A stretch of DNA of 59,353 bases, filler included, from Piptocephalis cylindrospora (lineage: Eukaryota): NCBI GenBank assembly GCA_003614145.1. It is 7 parts of 7 records of this genome, joined end to end, with 100 filler letters (N's around TTAATTAATTAA, not from the genome) between each part and the next. Parts side by side here need not be neighbours in the genome. Positions count along the whole stretch, not along the records: positions 25,601 to 34,003 come from KZ988150.1; positions 34,104 to 42,504 come from KZ988151.1; 5 more parts are not named here. One strand, written 5' to 3'. Shown here one piece after another: positions 25,660 to 37,657 of the stretch. How positions within the stretch are numbered: position 1 is the stretch's first letter; each line of letters opens with the position of its first letter. Below the pieces are notes generated by a model. The model made no database searches and was not told where the DNA came from. It was given only the letters and a program-made list of their open reading frames with translations. The translations under genes were made by a program, and so were the position numbers.

Positions 25660-25864
25660 CCTCGCGAACCCTCCCCTGATTAAGATACCCTTTGATAAGA
25701 ATTGATTCCAGTTAAGAACACGTCCCCAAGTCCCATTTTGCCGATCCAAGATTCCTCAAGATAAAGAAAGCCAAACCCTGATTAAGATTTCCAAGACCAA
25801 ATTTCAAGCCCTTCTAATTCCATCGTGAGATTCAGATCTCCATTTACAACACAACACTATCCAT
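25660..25864 (+). mobile_element. Dispersed ~200-bp repeat, copy 2 (LTR-like)
   Basis: Diverged homologue of 224-428, including the internally duplicated CCTGATTAAGAT motif. Confidence 0.6.
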
Positions 25865-26283
25865 GATGAATGCTTGATTAGGTTGGTGTTTGTGGAAAAT
25901 CTCGTGTTGGGCGTAGTCAAAGCCAAATTCATACTCCTCTATTCTTCCCGATCAAGCATTCTAAGGCTCTTAAACCTGTCACCAGGATATGTTGGATCCA
26001 TAGTCCATACTTGAAATAGTGAACCGAGGAGGATCGATGATATGATCACTGGACCAACCCTGTGGTATATCAGTCCATGTGTTTCAGCTACATGGATTCC
26101 AACTGGGATAGACCATCTCTGGGTCTGTTCTAATGGATGGAGACTCCAAGCGCCCACCAGCATACACTCTAACCATTCATTCAAATGTGTAGGGTCGGCT
26201 GTGAGTATGCGGAGATACGATTCAGACAGGAACACGTCATTTTTCCAACGCAAATCACTAGATCCATTGATACAAGGGGTGGT

Positions 26284-26290
26284 TATAAAA
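26284..26290 (+). promoter_or_regulatory. Putative TATA box of the O-methyltransferase gene
   Basis: TATAAAA (context GGTTATAAAAG) 96 nt upstream of the ATG at 26380. Confidence 0.5.
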
Positions 26291-26379
26291 GGGCTGTCTC
26301 TTCCACCCAGTCCCATCTCATCCCCACTCATTGAAACACTTTGTTCATTTCCTCCCACGCCCTCTCACATAAGCCCACT

Positions 26380-27102
26380 ATGAGTACAATCTTTGAAAAA
26401 CAGCTGAAAGACAAGCCAAATCGGTTTGAGAACCCAGAAAACGTTCACTTTAGCGTTGGAGTCAAGTGCGCCATGCGTGCGATGGATTCAGCCCCAGATG
26501 GGGACCCAAAGGCCCTACTCAAAGCCGTGGATAATTTGTCCAAGGAGGATATAAACGTGATCCATGTGGGGGATATCAAAGGGCAGCTGATCGACGAGGC
26601 CATCCAGCCCCTCAAGCCCAAGATCATTGTTGAGATGGGGACGTATATTGGATACAGCGCAATCCGACTAGCATCCGAAGCTCTCAAGATGGAACAAGAT
26701 GTCCAGATCCACACATATGATGTCAATGCGCAGATGGTAGAGATTGCCCAGAAGATGGTGAACAAGGCCGGTCTAGACTCGGTCATCCACATTCATCATG
26801 GCCGATTCCATGATCTTGCTCCCGAACTTCAAGCCATTCTGGGATCAGAAAACCCCGTGGACCTCTTCCTCCTCGACCATTGGAAACCCAGCTATGTCCC
26901 AGATACGCAGAGGCTCATGGAACTTGGTCTCCTTCGACGTGGATCCCTACTCATTGCAGATAACTGTCTTATCCCTGGGGCACCTGAGTTTGTCGATTAC
27001 ATCCAAAAGGCTCCTGAGTGGAACTCTAAAATGGTCAAGACCCTTTATCGTGAAAATTTGACTGATGAAGATGGAGTGATCTTTGCTGCCTATCGTGGAT
27101 AG
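26380..27102 (+). CDS. Catechol O-methyltransferase-like SAM-dependent methyltransferase, intronless, 240 aa
   Basis: Motifs IHVGDIKG, VEMGTYIGYSAIRLA (SAM motif I), LLDHWKPSY and LIADNCLIPGAPEFVDY match the COMT D-H-W-K and D-N metal ligands. First ATG at 26380. Confidence 0.9.
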   Translation: MSTIFEKQLKDKPNRFENPENVHFSVGVKCAMRAMDSAPDGDPKALLKAVDNLSKEDINVIHVGDIKGQLIDEAIQPLKPKIIVEMGTYIGYSAIRLASEALKMEQDVQIHTYDVNAQMVEIAQKMVNKAGLDSVIHIHHGRFHDLAPELQAILGSENPVDLFLLDHWKPSYVPDTQRLMELGLLRRGSLLIADNCLIPGAPEFVDYIQKAPEWNSKMVKTLYRENLTDEDGVIFAAYRG

Positions 27103-27247
27103 TGCTCATATCGTGAATAAAGAGGGATGCCTCTATGGCCCATTCATTATGATGATGAAGCAAAAAGAGGGATGTTTATATCGGAAAGGGCGCGAATGAG
27201 AAAGGGAGAGAGAGAGAGAGCACATAGATCAAGAGAGTCAACCGCCG

Positions 27248-27688
27248 CTACACCTCGTTAAACACATCGTCCTCGGCATTGTACCCTAAAAGGGAAACAT
27301 CCTCAATGCCCAAATGTCGAAGCATCCATCCCAAGGGCACTTTACTTAGACAGGTGGAGCCAAGGGAGGTCACCATGGATGGGTCCACCTTTGATCTCAA
27401 TCTTTCTGCTGCATCTTGGGCCACCCGTCTCCACTTTTCCTTAAGATGCTGTAAGGATTTTCCCCTCTTTCGATCAGAAAGGATGATGTCCCTGGCACGC
27501 AAAGTATCCCTGGCCTGCTGTAGCCTTTTCTCCAGATCTTCTCGGAGTTTTCTTCCTGTTACTGCTGTCAAAGAAGAGGGTGCTTTCCCACTGATGGGTG
27601 TGGTCTGGGGAGTGGATCTCAAGGGTGGCTGAAAGGGCTTCCTCAGACCCAGGCCTCCTCCTCTGCCTGCACCCCGGGTAGAGATCAT
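27248..27688 (-). CDS. Sfr1/Mei5-like recombination mediator (C-terminal core; further upstream exons to ~28349 likely)
   Basis: Motifs LRKPFQPPL, LQHLKEKWRRVAQDAAERL and LGWMLRHLGIEDVSLLGYNAEDDVF fit the Mei5/Sfr1 pattern. Splice-like donors and acceptors lie upstream (e.g. GTACGT near 27776). Confidence 0.7.
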   Translation of the reverse strand: MISTRGAGRGGGLGLRKPFQPPLRSTPQTTPISGKAPSSLTAVTGRKLREDLEKRLQQARDTLRARDIILSDRKRGKSLQHLKEKWRRVAQDAAERLRSKVDPSMVTSLGSTCLSKVPLGWMLRHLGIEDVSLLGYNAEDDVFNEV

Positions 27689-28582
27689 CCTTCGTGGATG
27701 CTTTCGAACCGCAGGCTGTTGTAGGGTAATGTAAGCAAGGCAAATGAAGGAGCATGAGTTATAATGAGAGACGTACCTTGGCTGATGCGTCATCGGATGG
27801 ACGAGGACGTTTCTTCGAGATGGACGGGATGGTCTTTGCTCTCTTCACTACAAGGACAAAGGGGAGATTAGAATAGAAAGCATTGATCCCTCCGAGCACA
27901 CTGCGTGGATGTACCTTTGGGCCGATAGGAGGGCCAGAGGAGGGGATGGGTGGTGAGCGTGGCGCCTGATCCCGTGGAATACGTCTTGGTCAGGAGTAAG
28001 CCCTTCCTCAGTAACGATGAGATGGTCTGGTCTGCGTCTAACTTCTAAGAGCCAGGTAGTCCGTAAGCTGGGGGAGGGATGTTGAAGCGCGTACCCCTTC
28101 CTCAAAGAGTACTTACCAGGTCTTTTCTCTTTCTTCGGGTGGGACATGTCTCTAAAAGACGGATCAAGGCGGGGCGTGTTCGGTAAAGAGGCTCTTGTCC
28201 CGGAGAGGGCCTTTCCTCGCCCTTTCCGTACCACAGGCTATGGAGGGACTTTTGGGCCAACGATGAAGACATGGTAGTGGGTGGAGAGGGATTGAACGCG
28301 TACACGTAGGAAGTTGGAAAGAGGAGGATACAGTGACGGCCGAACTCATCTTACTTCTCCCACTCCGCCCCACACTGGGGTTTTATATTGACCATTCCCA
28401 GTGACTCAGGATGGGTCATTACCATTTTGTTATATAGAGTGGGCTGCTGCATTCATAGGGACACACTACCACCTACTTCAATGAGAGCAGAGTAAAGATG
28501 AATGAATGATCAATTGACTATTATTAAAATGCATTTAAAACCCCCCACACAATTCCCACTAAAATCAAAATCTATCCCTCAG

Positions 28583-30730
28583 CTATGCCTGTTTTTGTGG
28601 CTTGATGGACTTGCGGGAAGAGGCAATTAACCTTTGAAGACCAAGATATGCACCAACCCAAAAGAGAATGCATAGACCGAGACAGGCGATGATGTTGACA
28701 GCGACGGATCCTTGGCCTGAAAGGCCAATCTCCTCGAGGACCTGGTCGGGGGAGGTGCCGGGGAGGTCCAGACCGCCGAGTTCATTCTTCACCAAGGCCA
28801 CATAGCTGTACTTCATCGGGGAGATCCACTGGACCCATCGAATCCAGCCCTGAACCCCATCCAGATTGACAAAGAGACCAGCAAAGATGATCATGGGCAG
28901 GAGGAGCAAGGGAACAAAGACCAGGGTTACGTCGAGTCTCTTGAAGGAACACACAGCAAACAATCCAATCCCTGCGCCCAGGATGGCGTTGAGGATGACG
29001 GTGGCCACATAGATGAAGAACTTGCCTGCGGTAAGCTGGAGCCCAAGGGCAAAGTAAGTGACGATGGAGAGGAGGAAGGGGGCGATGAGGAGGAAGGGGA
29101 TTTCAATGAGGACTTTGGAGACAAAGTAGGCGGGGAGGGAGTACATCCCCGCGCCATATTCCCGTTCAAACACCACTCTTTCTCCGTAGATGGGCATGAG
29201 GCTTCCTGTGGAGTAGCTGAACAGCTGGTTGACGACGAGGAAGAAGAGGGCGCCGCATCGATTCTAGCAAGGGAGTGAAGGATGAGTAGGGTCATGAGAC
29301 GCATTGGCAAGTCTAAAAGCCCTACCTGGATCTGTGAATTGATGCCACGCTCAGGGATCTTCCAAAAGACCGCATCAAGGAAGAAGCCCAGGACGACGAT
29401 TTCAAGGAAGCGAAACATAATGACCATCCGGTTCCTCAGGACGTTCTTCCAAGCCCGACGCATCAGGATGGGGAGTTGGATGTGGAAGGTGGAGTGGTAC
29501 TTTTTTTGCGCATTTGCATATCCCATACGACCATCCTCTGGACCGGATCGCGCTAGGAGCTCTATCGATCTGCCCAAGTCGGAACGCTTCCACTCGTCCA
29601 GAAGATACTGGATGGCCTTGGGGTCTTGAGGAGAGTTCAAAGAAGAAGTGTGATGGCTGACGAGGGAGCCTTGGCCCTTTTCCATTTGACTTTCCGTTGA
29701 TTCGACTGTGCTGCTTTGTGATGTACGCACTAATCTGGACTCATCGTCCACCAAACTGGGATGATCCGTAGGGGGGTGGATATGGTAAAGGACATTCATA
29801 AAGAGAAAGTCGGCGGGGTTAGAGTGTCGCGGACACGGATATCCGCGGGCTCCAAAGTACGGGACAACCTGATCGGCGGGCCCTGCATACATGATCTCCC
29901 CATTGGCCAGAAGGACAACGTCGTCGATGAGGTCAAAAATCTCCGACGAGGGCTGATGTAGCGTGGCGACGATCGTGCGACCCGATGATGCAAGCTCCTT
30001 GAGGAACTTGCAGACCGAGTAGGCTGTGTAGGTGTCGAGGCCCGAAGTAGGCTCGTCCAAGAAGAGGATGGAGGGGTTGGAGACTCTGCAGAAGAGATCG
30101 TGAGTGAGGAGGAAGGGGTAAAGGGAAGGGGACAGAGGATACTTACAGCTCCATGGAAATACTGGTACGTTTCCTCTCCCCTCCACTGACCCCCTTGACC
30201 TGGGTGCTCCCAATGATGGTATCAGCGGCCTTGGTCAATTGCATCAGATCGAGAATTTCATCGACTTTCTGGAGCTTCTCCTCACGAGAAACGGATGGGG
30301 GGATGCGGAGAAGGGCACTCATGGTAACCGCCTCCCGGACGGTCATGGTGTCCATAATCAGGTCATCCTGCTGTACAAACCCAGCGAGCTCCCTCACCTC
30401 CTTTCCTCTGACTTCTTGCCCGTTGATGAGGAGCTGTCCACTTGTGCCTCCGAGACGAGCCTCTCCGGAGATGAGGTTAAGGAGACTGGTCTTCCCTGCT
30501 CCCGAGGCCCCCATGATGACGGTGAATCGTCCGGGACGAAGGGCACCAGTGATGCTTTTCAGAATGTTCTTCTTCTTGTCGCCCTTTCCCGGAAGGGGGA
30601 CCCAGTAGGAGAGGTCACGGAAGGAGATGCCCATCTGCTGATCCATTGGCAATGGCTTGGCTCCCGTGGGCAGGGGCGTTTCCATTGCAAAGATAGTGTC
30701 TGTTGCTGTGTAAGTGGATGAGCTTGTCAT
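28583..30730 (-). CDS. ABCG (White-type) half transporter, NBD-TMD, 3 exons
   Basis: Exons 30730-30147, 30085-29326 and 29263-28583, in phase. Walker A GASGAGKT, signature VSGGERKR, Walker B LFLDEPTSGLD, LHQPS, and an ABC2 membrane domain (ERVVFERE..Y...AYF). Confidence 0.95.
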
Positions 30731-30825
30731 GATGGAGGAACGGATAGACAGTGGCGAGAGGTAGGGGGAATAGGGGAGATGGGGATGAAGGGGGTTGGAT
30801 AAAGTAGATGGGAAACCTGGGTCTC

Positions 30826-30834
30826 TTTTTTATA
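30826..30834 (-). promoter_or_regulatory. Putative TATA box of the ABCG gene
   Basis: TATAAAAAA (context GGTTATAAAAAAG) ~104 nt upstream of the ATG at 30730. Confidence 0.5.
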
Positions 30835-32866
30835 ACCCAATACACATGCATCTGCATCATTAAGTGAGAGGGGGAAAGTGCACGCACTGTCCTTTCCTTT
30901 TCTTTTCTTCCTTTGCTTAATCATAGCCCCTTCTACGCGCCTCAGATAAGATAGGAGCGAGTTAAGGTGAGCGGGGAGGATTTCCACGGAGTGAGAGGGT
31001 TAGTCAGCATTTAGGATTTATCCTTTCGATGTGCTAATCGTTTCATCCTTATAGTAATCGCGTCTTCGTGTGGGAACGTGTGAAATGGCACATTGTGCGT
31101 GTATGTATGTATGTGTGTATGTGTGGGTGTGCATGCTGGTGTGTGCCTTTTAGAGCAAGCAAGCTCCTTTCTCTCCTGTTTATTCTGGTCAAAATTGAAA
31201 AAAAAGAAAATGCTGGTCGATCAGAGAAGGATCAACATGTGCAAAGCGGTGATAAGCCTTGCTGACTCAGCTTGTGGGCACATAGTATGACAGTGTGTGG
31301 GCCTTGATCCCAGCCGCCTGACGACGAGCGATGTGCAGTCACACTCCCCCGCCCAATATGCAAGGGGAGAAGAGGCCCAGTACTTTCTAAGCATGCCATA
31401 CCAGGAGATCTCTCCTTGCCTTCTTCTAGAGAAATGAAGCCCCCTCTCAAGCTCTGCTGCACCCTTCATCCCTCAATGTGGAGGGAAAGTCTGATCTTCC
31501 GTGCTCCGTCATCATCCAAGATCCAAGATCCAAGATCAGTCGCCTTTATCCACCATCCAGCCTGGCGGTCGATCTTATCCTCGACCCCCCCCCCCCTCTT
31601 TTTAATCTCCTTCCTCTCACTAGGAACCCATCCGTACATCTCTCCGTCTATGCATCCTGTATCTGACAAGGGGAGGATAATTGCTACCATGTGACACTCA
31701 TATATGCTCCTTGGCACATCAATCACTGTCCCGTCCCTTCAAACACGGGTCCCCTATATCCTGTCATCTCTTCCGTATCCCCGCCATCCATCCATCTCCT
31801 CCATCCTCCCTTCATACTATGACATCCTCTCCATCCCGACGTCATTGTCCATCGTCCTCCCTCATCGTGACTGTCCACTATAGCACGTCCATCCCCTGTA
31901 GGACTTGGCCGAGGAAGAAGAGATCCTCCTCTTCAGCGTCATGTGATCCTCGGACACTGTCTCATCCTGCCAGCGTGTCTCATCCTACAGAAACCGGAAT
32001 TCATCTCTCTTTTTCCTCCTGTCCCGACTGCCGATGGGTTTGCATAGACTAGGGAGCGGTGCAGGAAATGTGGAGAACGTTGGGGGGCATCCATTCATCC
32101 ATCCCCCTCCCCGCCTCCATCCCCTGCCCTAGCTAGCTAACCCTTCCTTCCCACCCCACATGAAGGCCTATTTCCAAAGTCCGACGCCCCCAATCTCACT
32201 TTAACCCCCAGATCCGACTCGGACACTAACCTCCGCATCCAATAGCTGGATGGAGACTACTATATTGTATGAGATCTCCGAAAAGCGGAGTCCCAAAGTA
32301 TGTCCCGGCTTGTGGGACCCAGCCTTCATTGGAACGGATCCCCATCTCCTTTGCTCTGCCAAGTCCCTCCCTCTTGGCTCTAAAGGGAGTGGCCTTACGT
32401 GGTCGTGGTCATCATTCCCTCCTCCTTCTCCCCCTCCTTGAAGGACCCTTCCTCCTAGTCTTCATACAATGCCCAGTGATAAGTCTTCAAAAGACGGCTC
32501 AACACACCCCGACCTAGTCTAGTCTGGGTCCTCCCCTCCTCCCCTCCCCAACAGGGTAACTATGTGGGTGGGCTGCACGTGTGTATGCTTCACTCCATCT
32601 CCTCACACTAGATACTGACTATAAATGTCCCATTCCGTCACCCCCACTTTCTCCTCACTCCATCTTTTTTTTCTCCGATCCAACCTCTTTCTCTTCTCTT
32701 TCCCCCATCTCGTTCTTTCTCCATTCCCTTTCATATCGTTCTAGACTTACCCCCAAGCCCTTATATATATATACATCCCCATACATACATACATCCATAC
32801 ATACAGTACTATCTATTTATCCTCCCCCCCTCTCTGTCTACCACCACTCCTCTCTCTTCTCTCAAG

Positions 32867-34003
32867 ATGGATCTGCATAGAGCCAACGTCCCATTGGGAT
32901 CCATCCTCCGTTGGAACGTGGATCATGCCGGATACCTGACCCAGCCTTCGGGTAAAGGTCTGCGTAGGACGTGGAAGCGCAGGTACTATGTCCTCAAGGG
33001 CTCCAGGCTCTTTTACTTTCGGTCGGATGATGAGGAGGAACCGGTCGAAGGCATGCTCGATCTCGACATGTACGCGTCCGTCGAGGCCACCAGTCAGTCA
33101 GGCAAAAAGGGAAAATGGGGCGTCATGATGCGTCTCAAGGGTCCCGGCGGTAGTGGTGGCGGTAGCACCCACAGCTCCTCCAACCCCGATAGCCCAGCCT
33201 TGAATGCTTGCTCTTCGCAGCAAGGCGGTATCTCCACTGGAGCAGGAGGAGGGATGTCCCCTCGAATGAGCCCGGCCTCGCCCACCCCCTCCTCGGGGGC
33301 GGCCCCCTTCTTTGCCAGAAGGTTCACGAGCACGGACTCGGGTCTCTCCTCTTCTCCCCCCTCCAACTCCCCCTCTCCCCTCTACCTGACTCCAAGCTCC
33401 AGTGGAGCCCAGCTCGGCGGAGGAGGCAGGTCCCCCGTGGCCTCCCCAACCCCCTCCATGTCCGAGGTCATGACCTCTTGCCCAGGCACCCCAGTGCCCA
33501 TAGAGACCTCTTCTCTCGGCAAGTGGGAGGCGTATGCCGAGGACGAGGAGGCTCGGGATAGATGGGTGGCTCTCCTCAAATCCCGTCTCGTCCATTTCGA
33601 TACCCATATCCTGGATACCGTCTTGAATCAGCTCGACTATGGAAAGTACATGCGAAAGCGTAATCCTTCCAATCCCTCTGTCCCCTCCGTCGCGTCTAAT
33701 CTGACCGCTGGTATGCGCATGGGCGCCGGACGAGGTCACTCCCCTACCTTGTCCTCCTCGGCCTCCACCTCCTCCCTGACCTCGCTTGCTTCCCAGGCCA
33801 GTCGGCGATCCACCTCTTCCTCCACCTCCTCCTCTTCCTCCTCCTCCTCCTCGGTCTCCTCCTCCACCCTGACCGGCTCCCCCTCCCGGAAGGAGGGTAT
33901 GCAAAAGTCTAGCCCCTTGACCCATAATACTCCTCCATCCTCGCCTCCTCTGTCTGGGGACTTCCCCTCAGTCAAGGGCATGGGTCCCTCCCGAGCAAAG
34001 GCC
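32867..34003 (+). CDS. PH-domain protein (split PH, Ser/Pro-rich), 3'-truncated at contig end
   Basis: HAGYLTQPSGKGLRRTWKRRYYVLKGSRLFYF..EPVEGMLDL forms the PH N-terminal strands and AYAEDEEARDRWVALLK the C-terminal helix. The ORF runs into the linker. Confidence 0.85.
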
Positions 34004-34103
34004 NNNNNNNNNNNNNNNNNNNNNNNNNNNNNNNNNNNNNNNNNNNNTTAATTAATTAANNNNNNNNNNNNNNNNNNNNNNNNNNNNNNNNNNNNNNNNN
34101 NNN
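34004..34103. other. Artificial contig linker
   Basis: N44-TTAATTAATTAA-N44. Confidence 0.99.
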
Positions 34104-35323
34104 AAGAAATAAGAAAAGGAGGAGTGGGGAATAGGGAGGACTGACAGGAAAGAAATCGAAAATTGAAATGAGAATGATGGGAGGGCGAACGCTGGGTGCA
34201 CCGGGAGAATGAGAGAGGGAGGGAGAAAGGGAGAAGCCTGCAGAAAGAACGTTTTTTGAGAGGCAAGCATATCGAGAGTTTGACCGATGAACACAAGCGA
34301 GGGAAGCTGATAGGAGAGAGGACGAGGAGGAATGAGGGTGTGAGTGGGGGAGGGACAGAGCGGAGTCTGCCAAAGTCCGCCCTTCCCTTCCGCTAGTGCA
34401 GGAGGAGGGGGCAATGCACAGGAGAGGGTCATCCTCCCCTCACTGCAGGGCATGTACCAGTGATGCAAGTGCGGAGTGCGAATAGTGCAGTGGGGTTTGA
34501 TGGGGATCTGACAGATGGAGGCGGAGTAGGGAAGAGTGCTGGGCACCGGGTGTTGGGTGCTGATACTGAGGGCTGCGGTTATGGCAAGGCAGGAATGATA
34601 AATGAATAGGAGGAAGGCGGACCAGTTGGGGAGGCTCGAGGCTACTGGGGAAAAAGGGAGTGCAAGGTGACTCTGAGCAGGCTTGGAGAGACAGGGTGAA
34701 TCTACCCTTACACTGTTTCTCAAGAGGTTGAAAGACCAATCCATGAGGAAAGGAGGGATACTGGACCAATCCTAGGTTGTGCGAACGATGGAGGAGGATG
34801 ATTAAGGGGAGAATGGAACGCGGGTCCATTTCTTGGGACCTATGCCCATCCAACCGCAAGCTCCTTTTCCTTAAGTCATTTATTCACCCTTTCGTCCTAT
34901 CTGGGCTAAACACATCCCAGCAGGCTAGTGGGGTCCTGTTATGCTGGGACTTTCTCCTAGTATCGACTCTTGTGATGAGCAGCAGAATCGGGAGACGAAG
35001 GCCATGATCAGAGATTGACACGAGTAAGGGATCATCACTCACTGTGTTGTTTCAGGTAGTTGAGGAACAGACAGCCTTCATGAAAAAGGGTCTGATAATG
35101 TTATTATTAGTGAATGAAAAGGGATAAAGAAAGAGAAGCAGCATTGCGGTATATGATGGATATTTTGCGAGATCCAGGCAAAAAAAGGTCTGAACACACA
35201 CGTACACGCACACAAAAACGCTCCCACACGCGTTCTATCATCACGAGAACCAGAGCAATAATAATAGACAGGTTAAAACTGGATTCATATTTCCAGGCAA
35301 AACTACCACGACAAAGCACAAAT

Positions 35324-37184
35324 CTACTCTTCCTGTCGGACCAGCAAGGCAACACCTTCGACATGGGCCGTCCAGGGAAAGAGGTCAAAGCCACATAGAT
35401 GCTCAAGCTTCCATCCGGGGACATGCAGAGCACGACACTGCTCCTCGAGGTAGGCCAGGTCCCTGGCCTGGGTCACCACATTGCAAGAGACGTAGGCAAC
35501 ACGACGGGGGCCAAATTGAATCATCTGGTCTAAAAAGCTGTTGGAACAACCTTTGCGGGGCGGATCGATGATCAAGGAGGTATCGGGACCCGGGACATCC
35601 AGGCCCTGGAAGATGGTCTCGGCATCACCCACCTGGTAGGTGCATGGGACGCCAGGGAGAAGATGCTGATTGAGCTCCACGTTCCTTCGAGCATACTTGA
35701 CTGAATCCTCCGAAATCTCCACGCCCAGCACCCGTTCAAAGGACTTGGAAGCACAGGTGATGGAGAAGAGGCCACTACCGCAGTACGCATCCACTAGAAA
35801 CCGCATTTTCCTTCCCTCCTCCCCTCCCTGCACATGATCCCGAACATACCCCGTGAGATCGGGGAGAATAGAGGCGTTGTTTTGGAAAAATGATCCTGAT
35901 AGGGGCGAGGAACACATGAGTTATGGTCGCATGTCCGGCATCTCTAACTCATCTCCCATCATACTTACCAGCAGGGAACTCAAATTGATAGGCTCCAAAG
36001 CTCTCCCGGACAATCTCTTTATGGTTAGTCACGACACGAGAAATCTCCTTGGGGCTATCTGTATCATTCCCTTCCTCCCCTGGTTGAATGATTTGATGAT
36101 CTTCACGAAGAAGAATGGTTGAACCCCTTTTGTAAGTATCTAGATGGCTAAATGGAGAGAAGGAGGATCAGTACGGATAGCCTATCTCTATCTTTCTCAT
36201 CTCATCTCATCCCTACCTGGCCACATAGGCCCGGGACTGGGTCAGACCCGCGTTTAAGACGGGACGAGCGATGATGCACTCCTCGACATCCAAGACTCTT
36301 CGACGGCCTTGTTGTAGGAAACCAATGTCAGGGCATTGGGTGGTGCTCTTAGGCCTGTCAAAATGCGGGGTGATTTTGGTCCGATAACCGTACTGATCTG
36401 GAGAAGCCCAGACCTTCTCCACTACCACGGGTCCGAGGATTGTGGCTTGCGCCTCAAATGCCGCTTCCACAGATAGCTTTTTAAAGGCCAACTGGTCCTC
36501 GTAGGTCATATGCTGTAGTTGGCAGCCTCCGCACTGGCCAAAGTAAGTGCAGGGGGCCTTTTGCCGGTCGGGTGCCGGGACCAGGACTTTATCCAGGTCG
36601 GCATACGAGTACCCGCTATAAAGGGATGGTAAAGTGAGTTCGAATGGATCTCTTTCTTCTTTTCTCCCTCATTGAACGCCCTCTCTCCCCATCCATTCCC
36701 CTTACCGATGGTTACGATACACACGACCTTGAACCCACTCTCCATGCAGAACGTGGGGAATCACAATGAGCCAGCCCTTCCGGGCTTCATCCTGCGTATC
36801 CTCTTTGGAGGAAAAGGAACCTAGGAGGCCTATGCCCTCTCCGGTGGAGGATAGAGCCACAATCCTCACTTCCACCGTCTCAAACAGCTCTAGCGGGGCT
36901 GTCCCGTCCGCAGGGACGGTGGGGGTCACATCCAGGCTGGCCCAAAGCTTATCAATGTCCCGTCGCATCACCTCACTGACATCCTGGACCAATCGGACCT
37001 TCTTTTTTCCCTTGAACGACCTTCTGCTCTTTCCCGTTGCTGGGGTTTCTACAGGCGGATGGGTGGACATGGTACGTAAGGGCAAACGAGTAATGAAGGG
37101 GAGACGGGGGAGAAAACGCTGGAAGAGGGGTGGGGTGGGCCGGCGACAAAGTAATGGATGGCGTACAAGATGAAGAAGACGCAT
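35324..37184 (-). CDS. TRM2: tRNA (uracil-54-C5)-methyltransferase Trm2, 4 exons
   Basis: Exons 37184-36706, 36615-36217, 36147-35969 and 35895-35324. Motifs: TRAM-like LSSTGEGIG, CTYFGQCGGCQ, YGYRTKITPHF, YKRGSTILLRE, SFFQNN, DAYCGSGLF, IDPPRKG, catalytic YVSCN and FDLFPWTAHVE. Confidence 0.93.
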
Positions 37185-37313
37185 GTCAAGCCTTGAGTAT
37201 CCTTGGGGGAAGGGGATGAGCTCAACGTACCTTACCCTCCCTTCTCTCCTTACTGCAAAAAAGAAGAAAACTGTCCGAAACACACGTCCTCCCCCACGCC
37301 AAAAATGAAAGAA

Positions 37314-37395
37314 CGTCAGCGACAGGGTTCGAACCTGTGCGGGCGAAGCCCATTAGATTTCAAGTCTAACTCCTTAACCACTCGGACACACTGAC
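37314..37395 (-). tRNA. tRNA-Ser(TGA), intronless, 82 nt
   Basis: Sequence GTCAGTGTGTCCGAGTGGTTAAGGAGTTAGACTTGAAATCTAATGGGCTTCGCCCGCACAGGTTCGAACCCTGTCGCTGACG. It has a 7-bp acceptor stem, anticodon arm TTAGA-CTTGAAA-TCTAA, long variable arm GGGC-TTC-GCCC, GGTTCGAAC T-loop, G discriminator and a downstream T-run terminator. Confidence 0.97.
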
Positions 37396-37657
37396 ATTAA
37401 TTTAAAAGAATTATGTAGGTCTTCCTTAACTCATGTTTTATCCTGTGTATGACTGGACCGATTTTTGTGGGTACTTTCGTAGAATTTCTAGTTTCCGTAT
37501 TGTCCCGAGTTGTGGAATTTGGCTTGAATGTGCGGAAACACACATGGAGTAGGAGGGTTCACTTCCGGCGTATTTACTCCCTCCCTCTTCTCTACCTCAG
37601 TTCGCTTGCGTTTCTCTTCCTCTCCCCCTCTTCCTCTCTTTATCTTTCATCCCCGCC

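Noticed and set aside
12965..37395. Apparent tRNA-biogenesis cluster (Rpp40, Tfc4, Trm2, tRNA)
   Set aside because: Rpp40, Tfc4 and Trm2/tRNA lie on three different contigs joined by artificial linkers.
37314..37395. tRNA-Sec or suppressor tRNA
   Set aside because: The anticodon is TGA (reads UCA, Ser), not TCA, and the acceptor stem is the standard 7 bp.
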